Shown here piece by piece: positions 59,502 to 64,000 of a DNA stretch of 64,000 nucleotides. The notes below the pieces were generated by a model. It worked only from the letters and a program-made list of their open reading frames with translations. It had not been told where the DNA came from and did no database searches. The stretch is taken from positions 49,910-113,909 of the IMG/VR virus record IMGVR_UViG_3300028837_003833; one strand, written 5' to 3'. Position 1 is the first letter of the stretch; each line of letters opens with the position of its first letter. The position numbers and the translations under genes were made by a program. The stretch is from a virus.

Positions 59502-60175
59502 TTATATCTCTTTTATTAATATATTTTTATTTCTTTTTCTTCGTTTACCACTCATAATATAAAGAATAATACTCTCCATAGTGTAACCCTCTCTTTGAAG
59601 CCTTTCTATAGTACCCACACTGACTTCAAGAAGAATAGCGGCATTATTCTTACTATAGATATAACCATTAATATTAATCTTTATGGAATTACTCCTGCAG
59701 TTATTCTGTTCTATATAATCCGCCCATTTACAATTATCTGGAGAGTAATATCCTTATCATTATCTATTCTATGAATAGTATGCTTTTTAGAGGGTTTTTT
59801 CCCCATATCATTTATAAAGTTGGTAAAACCATTAATGTTATCCTTATGCCACATATCACATATTATTATTCCTCTTTCACCGTAATATTTATACTTTTTA
59901 TTATTTTTATTATAACACCTTTCGTGCATATGATACCATGCTTTAAGTTCTGTAGATCCTGTCATCCCATGAGTAACTGTAGCTTTTCTTACCCTATCTA
60001 ACCTATAACACCCACAACTATAAGTAACTTTACATGTGAGGGATGTCCCACATATTTCTTTTATATTGCCACAATCGCACAAACAGACATAATAAGCTCT
60101 ACCATATTTTATAATTCTTTCAACAACTAATAGTCTCCCAAATCTATTTCCTACTAAATTTTTTATTGCAGGCAC
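59502..60175 (-). pseudogene. HNH homing endonuclease with a 1-nt frame break at ~59752 (224 aa if repaired)
   Basis: NLVGNRFGRL...CLCDCG...SCGC...WYHMHERC...HRIDND, then in the other frame YYSPDNCKWAD...EI* ending at 59502. Confidence 0.8.
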
Positions 60176-61851
60176 TATTCCCAGTCCCTCTTATATTGAT
60201 GATCTACTTTAAATTTAATATTTTCTACAGCATCCTTAAGAACTACTGTGCGCATAAAACCATGTTCATTAGTGATTTCTTCCAACTTAGTAGAACAGCA
60301 AGTAATAAGATCCGCTTCACCCATACACTCATTTTCGAATGGATAGTTGAAAATTGCTTCACAATGATCAAAGACACATTTTATACCAACGGATTTTAAA
60401 TGTTTCATCAATTCAAGATCTTCTTTACTAAATTGAGTAAAGATTACTATGGTAGTATCATCAATAGTATTTCTCAAATCAAAAATATTTTTACCATAAT
60501 AAGTGGTAAGTATAGTACTATCTATACCCATCTCGACCATTTGATCGCATACATTCAATCTACGTAATCGAATAGAAGGATTAGATGAATCTATCGTAGG
60601 AACAAGCCACATTACTTTAAGATTCCGTATTTTTTTCAAGCGTAAATCACAAAAATCAAAATTATTCTTTAAGATACTCATACTGAAATCATTTTTTTCT
60701 AGTATTTCTTTTATCTTTGGGATATCTTCTTCTTTCAAAGTCATCCCTTTAGATAAACGCTCTTCCTCATTAGTAATCATTTTACAAAGCTCGACCATTT
60801 GCTTATTATCAGGTTTATGTTTTAGGGCAAGACTACAATACTCCATACTTTTTTCATAATCTTTTTGATTATAATAAATAAGGGCTAATTTAGCTGCAGG
60901 TATGAAACCATAATAATCCACAATCTGAGACATACCACCATCGAGATTCTTTGTAAGAGCCTCTTTATAATATGAGACAGCAGTATCATGATCACCATCA
61001 TTCTCAAAGACACTACCAAGAATGACATAATTTTCAGCATATCTACTATTAAATCGAATACCTTTTAATGCATAGTTTTTTGCAGAAAAAAAATCTTTTT
61101 TCTCCGTATAATATCGAGCAAGTTTTATACAAGCAGTAGTAAGATTATCTGCAAAATCAGCACCCTTCTTTATGTAAGGATCAAGAACTGATACGGCTTT
61201 ATCCCAGCTACCAAAATCAGCCAGCTCTTTACCGTAATAAAATTTTATTCTTTCAGAACAACTCCCAGATTCATACACTTTTTTAAGGGCTTCTATGTTT
61301 CGAGCAGGATTGTGAGATTTGATCCTATAATGATCAATATTAATATCCACTCTCTTAAGTCTATCCTGAGGAACATCAAGATTCATATATTCATGAATAG
61401 GATCATGCCATTTAATATGATCACAATTTTTTACGATCCTTTCCCGAGGTAATATCATAATTGGATTATCTTTATCATCATGACTATAAACGTAATTCAT
61501 AATCACAATATCCAAGTTAATTAATTGAGGCTTTAACTTTAAAAGTTTTTGATACTCCGGAGGTTTTATAATATCATCAGAATCCAACCATAAAATATAC
61601 TGAGAAGTATTATTACTAAATGAGAAATTCCTGGCAGCACTAAAATCATCAACCCATTTAAAGAAAAAAGTTTTTGCACCATAACTTTCTGCCATAACTC
61701 TTATCTCAGGATCATCCTTAGGCATACTTAAAGTGATTACTATCTCATCAAATAAATCCCCTACACAACTCTTAAGACATCTTTCAAGAACATCCTTATC
61801 ATCAGGACCTACAATAATATTTAAACCTAACAAGTGTACGCTCTTTGTCAT
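60175..61851 (-). CDS. GT2 glycosyltransferase + TPR repeats + N-terminal half of a GT-B domain (558 aa)
   Basis: LERCLKSC...FSAARNFS...WLDSDD...HDPIHE (GT2-TPR type); TPR helices; C-terminal LKVMWL...VFDHCE...ADLITCCS. Confidence 0.85.
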   Translation of the reverse strand: MTKSVHLLGLNIIVGPDDKDVLERCLKSCVGDLFDEIVITLSMPKDDPEIRVMAESYGAKTFFFKWVDDFSAARNFSFSNNTSQYILWLDSDDIIKPPEYQKLLKLKPQLINLDIVIMNYVYSHDDKDNPIMILPRERIVKNCDHIKWHDPIHEYMNLDVPQDRLKRVDINIDHYRIKSHNPARNIEALKKVYESGSCSERIKFYYGKELADFGSWDKAVSVLDPYIKKGADFADNLTTACIKLARYYTEKKDFFSAKNYALKGIRFNSRYAENYVILGSVFENDGDHDTAVSYYKEALTKNLDGGMSQIVDYYGFIPAAKLALIYYNQKDYEKSMEYCSLALKHKPDNKQMVELCKMITNEEERLSKGMTLKEEDIPKIKEILEKNDFSMSILKNNFDFCDLRLKKIRNLKVMWLVPTIDSSNPSIRLRRLNVCDQMVEMGIDSTILTTYYGKNIFDLRNTIDDTTIVIFTQFSKEDLELMKHLKSVGIKCVFDHCEAIFNYPFENECMGEADLITCCSTKLEEITNEHGFMRTVVLKDAVENIKFKVDHQYKRDWE

Positions 61852-62024
61852 GCATACACCTCTCTTATCGATTCAAGCCCTGTACAACCTTCAAACTTTT
61901 TCCGATTGATATAATCATCAATCGCCCGTCTTATGATTTCAGCACGAGGAACACCCGTTACTTCCGAAATAACCTTAAGACCATGTAACTCTCCATCAGT
62001 AAGATGAAAATTTACTCTCTCCAT
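61848..62024 (-). CDS. Ribbon-helix-helix (CopG-like) regulator (58 aa)
   Basis: Not in the track. MERVNFHLTDGELHGLKVISEVTGVPRAEIIRRAIDDYI; AGGAG SD; ATGA overlap with the GT2 gene. Confidence 0.85.
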   Translation of the reverse strand: MERVNFHLTDGELHGLKVISEVTGVPRAEIIRRAIDDYINRKKFEGCTGLESIREVYA

Positions 62025-62080
62025 ATATTTCTCCTAAAAACAAAAAAGGATAAGTATAGCATACTTACCTTTATAAAATA

Positions 62081-62096
62081 TATTAAGAGATTATTA
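62081..62096 (-). promoter_or_regulatory. Putative late promoter motif (TAATAATCTCTTAATA)
   Basis: Consensus match between a terminator and the RHH/GT operon. Confidence 0.7.
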
Positions 62097-62101
62097 TTCG
62101 G

Positions 62102-62139
62102 ATAAAATAATGGGATTGAGTTTTTACACTCAATCCCAT
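62102..62139 (-). terminator. Terminator-like hairpin
   Basis: Perfect inverted repeat ATGGGATTGAG (62110-20) / CTCAATCCCAT (62129-39) followed by TATTTTAT. Confidence 0.7.
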
Positions 62140-62195
62140 ATCCCATCACACACCACATGAACACCAAACGAAGGAACCAATTAAACAACAATTTT

Positions 62196-62993
62196 TTAAC
62201 TACGTGCTGAAGCTCCTGTTGCAGGAGCTCCCGATGCAGGAGCTGCTTCCACAGGAGTATTTTGATCTACCCTACCCTCTTTATTAGCGTAAGGACCAGG
62301 TTTTAATTTCACACCTTTGTTTTCCCAAAGTTGTCTTTGACTTACTCCACCTACAAGGATATCTCCAGTATATTCAACACTACCATCTTGATAAGTCACT
62401 AAAGTAGCTTTATTACCAAAAGCATCACTATATTCTACCACTTGTGGATTTCTCTTTGTTGTTTCTAAAAGAGCTAATGAATCTGCAGGAGTCTTTGGAC
62501 TTTGCTTTATCCCCATATTATAAACTTCTTTATTGATCTCTTTTTGTGTATCACGATATTGTTGAGCTTTAGCTGTTGCAGGATCACTTATTTCTGTAGG
62601 ATCCATCTTTGTCCAACCTCTTTCAAATTGTTGAGCAGCAGCTGGAAAAATACCCATCAAAGTCAGAGCTAATGCTCCTAATGCCTTAGACATTGCAGCA
62701 GCTTCTGCTTCTTGAGATGCTTCTATAGAAGACCCACTAGGACGAATTCCCTGAGATATCCCCTGCTGTATAAGCTTAAGTACCACACTCTCATCAGTCA
62801 GATCTACACCTTCTTGTCTTGCTTTTTGTATGATATTCCAGGGAATCTTTTTTACATCAATATTAGGAACCCCAGCCATAGCTTCAATAGTATCTGAAAC
62901 AGCATCAATAGAAGCAGCCTCTTGTATTAGTCCACGAGATTCTACTACATTAGCAATTCTGTCAAGATGTGCAACAATTTTTTTATAATCCAT
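62196..62993 (-). CDS. Hypothetical, possible internal virion protein with an internal signal-peptide-like segment (265 aa)
   Basis: AGGAG SD; N-terminal LDRIANVVE helix; MSKALGALALTLMGIFPAAAQQ. Confidence 0.7.
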   Translation of the reverse strand: MDYKKIVAHLDRIANVVESRGLIQEAASIDAVSDTIEAMAGVPNIDVKKIPWNIIQKARQEGVDLTDESVVLKLIQQGISQGIRPSGSSIEASQEAEAAAMSKALGALALTLMGIFPAAAQQFERGWTKMDPTEISDPATAKAQQYRDTQKEINKEVYNMGIKQSPKTPADSLALLETTKRNPQVVEYSDAFGNKATLVTYQDGSVEYTGDILVGGVSQRQLWENKGVKLKPGPYANKEGRVDQNTPVEAAPASGAPATGASARS

Positions 62994-63039
62994 ATATATC
63001 TCCTAAAAAAATAAGGTATACTCCACAACAATATTTTGA

Positions 63040-63055
63040 TATTAAAAGATAATTA
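63040..63055 (-). promoter_or_regulatory. Putative late promoter motif (TAATTATCTTTTAATA)
   Basis: One mismatch; left-facing member of a divergent pair separated by GATAATTAGAA tandem repeats. Confidence 0.55.
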
Positions 63056-63074
63056 GAAGATAATTAGAAGATAA

Positions 63075-63090
63075 TAATAATGAATTAATA
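63075..63090 (+). promoter_or_regulatory. Putative late promoter motif (TAATAATGAATTAATA)
   Basis: One mismatch; on the plus strand, upstream of the plus-strand gene at 63105. Confidence 0.5.
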
Positions 63091-63104
63091 TTTTTTTTAA
63101 TGTA

Positions 63105-63809
63105 ATGATGGTATTAAAACATACTCCCGTTGAACTTATTACTCGTTTAAGAAGAGTAGCATCTGACTTAGAAGAGTATAGTCGTAAATCTGATGTATTT
63201 TCTGCTTTGAATGATATTTACGGATTTGAAGTTGATAAGAGTATTTCTCCGGAATGCCTTCAAAGTTTATATGGAAGTATTCAAAGGTTGAATCCTGAAT
63301 TAGTAAGAATGTGTGGGATAAAATCTTTGTCATTTGAGGATCTTGGTCCTTCTAAAGAATATTTTCCAAATCATGGTAAATATATCAATGATACTTTAGT
63401 CTTAAATAATCAACTATTAAAAGATCCAAGTATTATAGTAGATAAAAATAATGGAGCTATTCTTAACAAATTTGATCAAACTCTTTATCATGAATTAGGT
63501 CATGGATGGGATGAGTCTCAGGGAAAAGATAAAGATCTTTCTTTAGAAGAAGAATGGTTGAATCTCTCGGGTTGGTCTAAGTATCCAAAACCTGGTTTAA
63601 AAAGAATACATATAAAAGAAAAAAGCACTCCAGAATTAGTAGGAGAATATTATTATTCTCCGAATGCTGAGTTCACTCGATTCTATGCAAAAAGAAATCC
63701 ATGGGATGATTGGGCAGATAGTTTTTCCTATTATGTGGGAGGAGCTAAAAGTTATTTACCAAAGAACAAAATAGCATATTTTGATAAACTCCTTAGGAAA
63801 TATACTTAA
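63105..63809 (+). CDS. Zincin-like metallopeptidase (HExxH) domain protein (234 aa)
   Basis: LYHELGHGWD and YAKRNPWDDWADSF. Confidence 0.7.
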   Translation: MMVLKHTPVELITRLRRVASDLEEYSRKSDVFSALNDIYGFEVDKSISPECLQSLYGSIQRLNPELVRMCGIKSLSFEDLGPSKEYFPNHGKYINDTLVLNNQLLKDPSIIVDKNNGAILNKFDQTLYHELGHGWDESQGKDKDLSLEEEWLNLSGWSKYPKPGLKRIHIKEKSTPELVGEYYYSPNAEFTRFYAKRNPWDDWADSFSYYVGGAKSYLPKNKIAYFDKLLRKYT

Positions 63810-63820
63810 AGGTGGAAAAG

Positions 63821-64000
63821 ATGAGTTATGTGGATCGATTTAATAATATTGTAAACATCCTTAATTTAAAAGGTTTAGATAAAAGCGCATCAGAAATTAC
63901 CTCTGTAAAAGAAGCTATGCTATCAGGGCTTCCTTTAGAAAAGGTACCTTACAGACATGCTCCTCTTCATGGTGAAAAAAATGTTACTGATAAAAAAGTA
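63821..64000 (+). CDS. Hypothetical protein, truncated by the window edge
   Basis: GGTGG SD-like sequence; MSYVDRFNNIVNILNLKGLDKSASEI... open to the edge. Confidence 0.6.
   Translation, partial: MSYVDRFNNIVNILNLKGLDKSASEITSVKEAMLSGLPLEKVPYRHAPLHGEKNVTDKKV

Noticed and set aside
59502-60175. Group I intron interrupting the glycosyltransferase
   Set aside because: The HNH coding sequence fills the interval end to end, there is no room for P-elements, and both GT halves have their own stop or start.
63048-63075. GATAATTAGAA tandem repeat as an origin iteron set
   Set aside because: Only about 2.5 copies, and explained as part of the divergent promoter pair.
1-64000. Alternative genetic code (stop-codon reassignment)
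   Set aside because: Code 11 gives dense, long ORFs ending in TAA, TAG and TGA; the breaks are frame changes, not in-frame stops.

Overview
AT-rich (roughly one-third GC by eye) segment of what is almost certainly a large contractile-tailed (jumbo myovirus-like) phage genome, read with standard code 11. Nearly all real genes are on the minus strand and form a virion morphogenesis region. From right to left it contains putative head/internal proteins, a glycosyltransferase operon, neck and adaptor proteins, a beta-helix protein, an actin-like ATPase, tail sheath, tube, chaperones, tape measure, tube-initiator-like proteins, hub, spike, a 3179-aa protein, gp25-like and J-like baseplate proteins, and a truncated beta-propeller tail protein. 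No capsid, portal or terminase gene is recognisable here. Most notable observations: (1) a ~415-nt GC-rich, heavily base-paired non-coding element (37926-38339) whose G-U wobbles point to a plus-strand RNA antisense to the tail operon; (2) a 16-bp motif TAATAATC-NNY-TAATA upstream of 11 gene starts, a probable phage late promoter; (3) an actin-like ATPase with a LAGLIDADG intein in its phosphate-2 loop; (4) a multi-domain glycosyltransferase split at a GT-B inter-domain linker by an HNH gene and also carrying an intein; (5) a nuclease fused to a Mom-like DNA-modification domain; (6) frameshift junctions in the sheath and two other structural genes, which may be assembly deletions or recoding. 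All family calls come from motif recognition by eye; no database searches were run.
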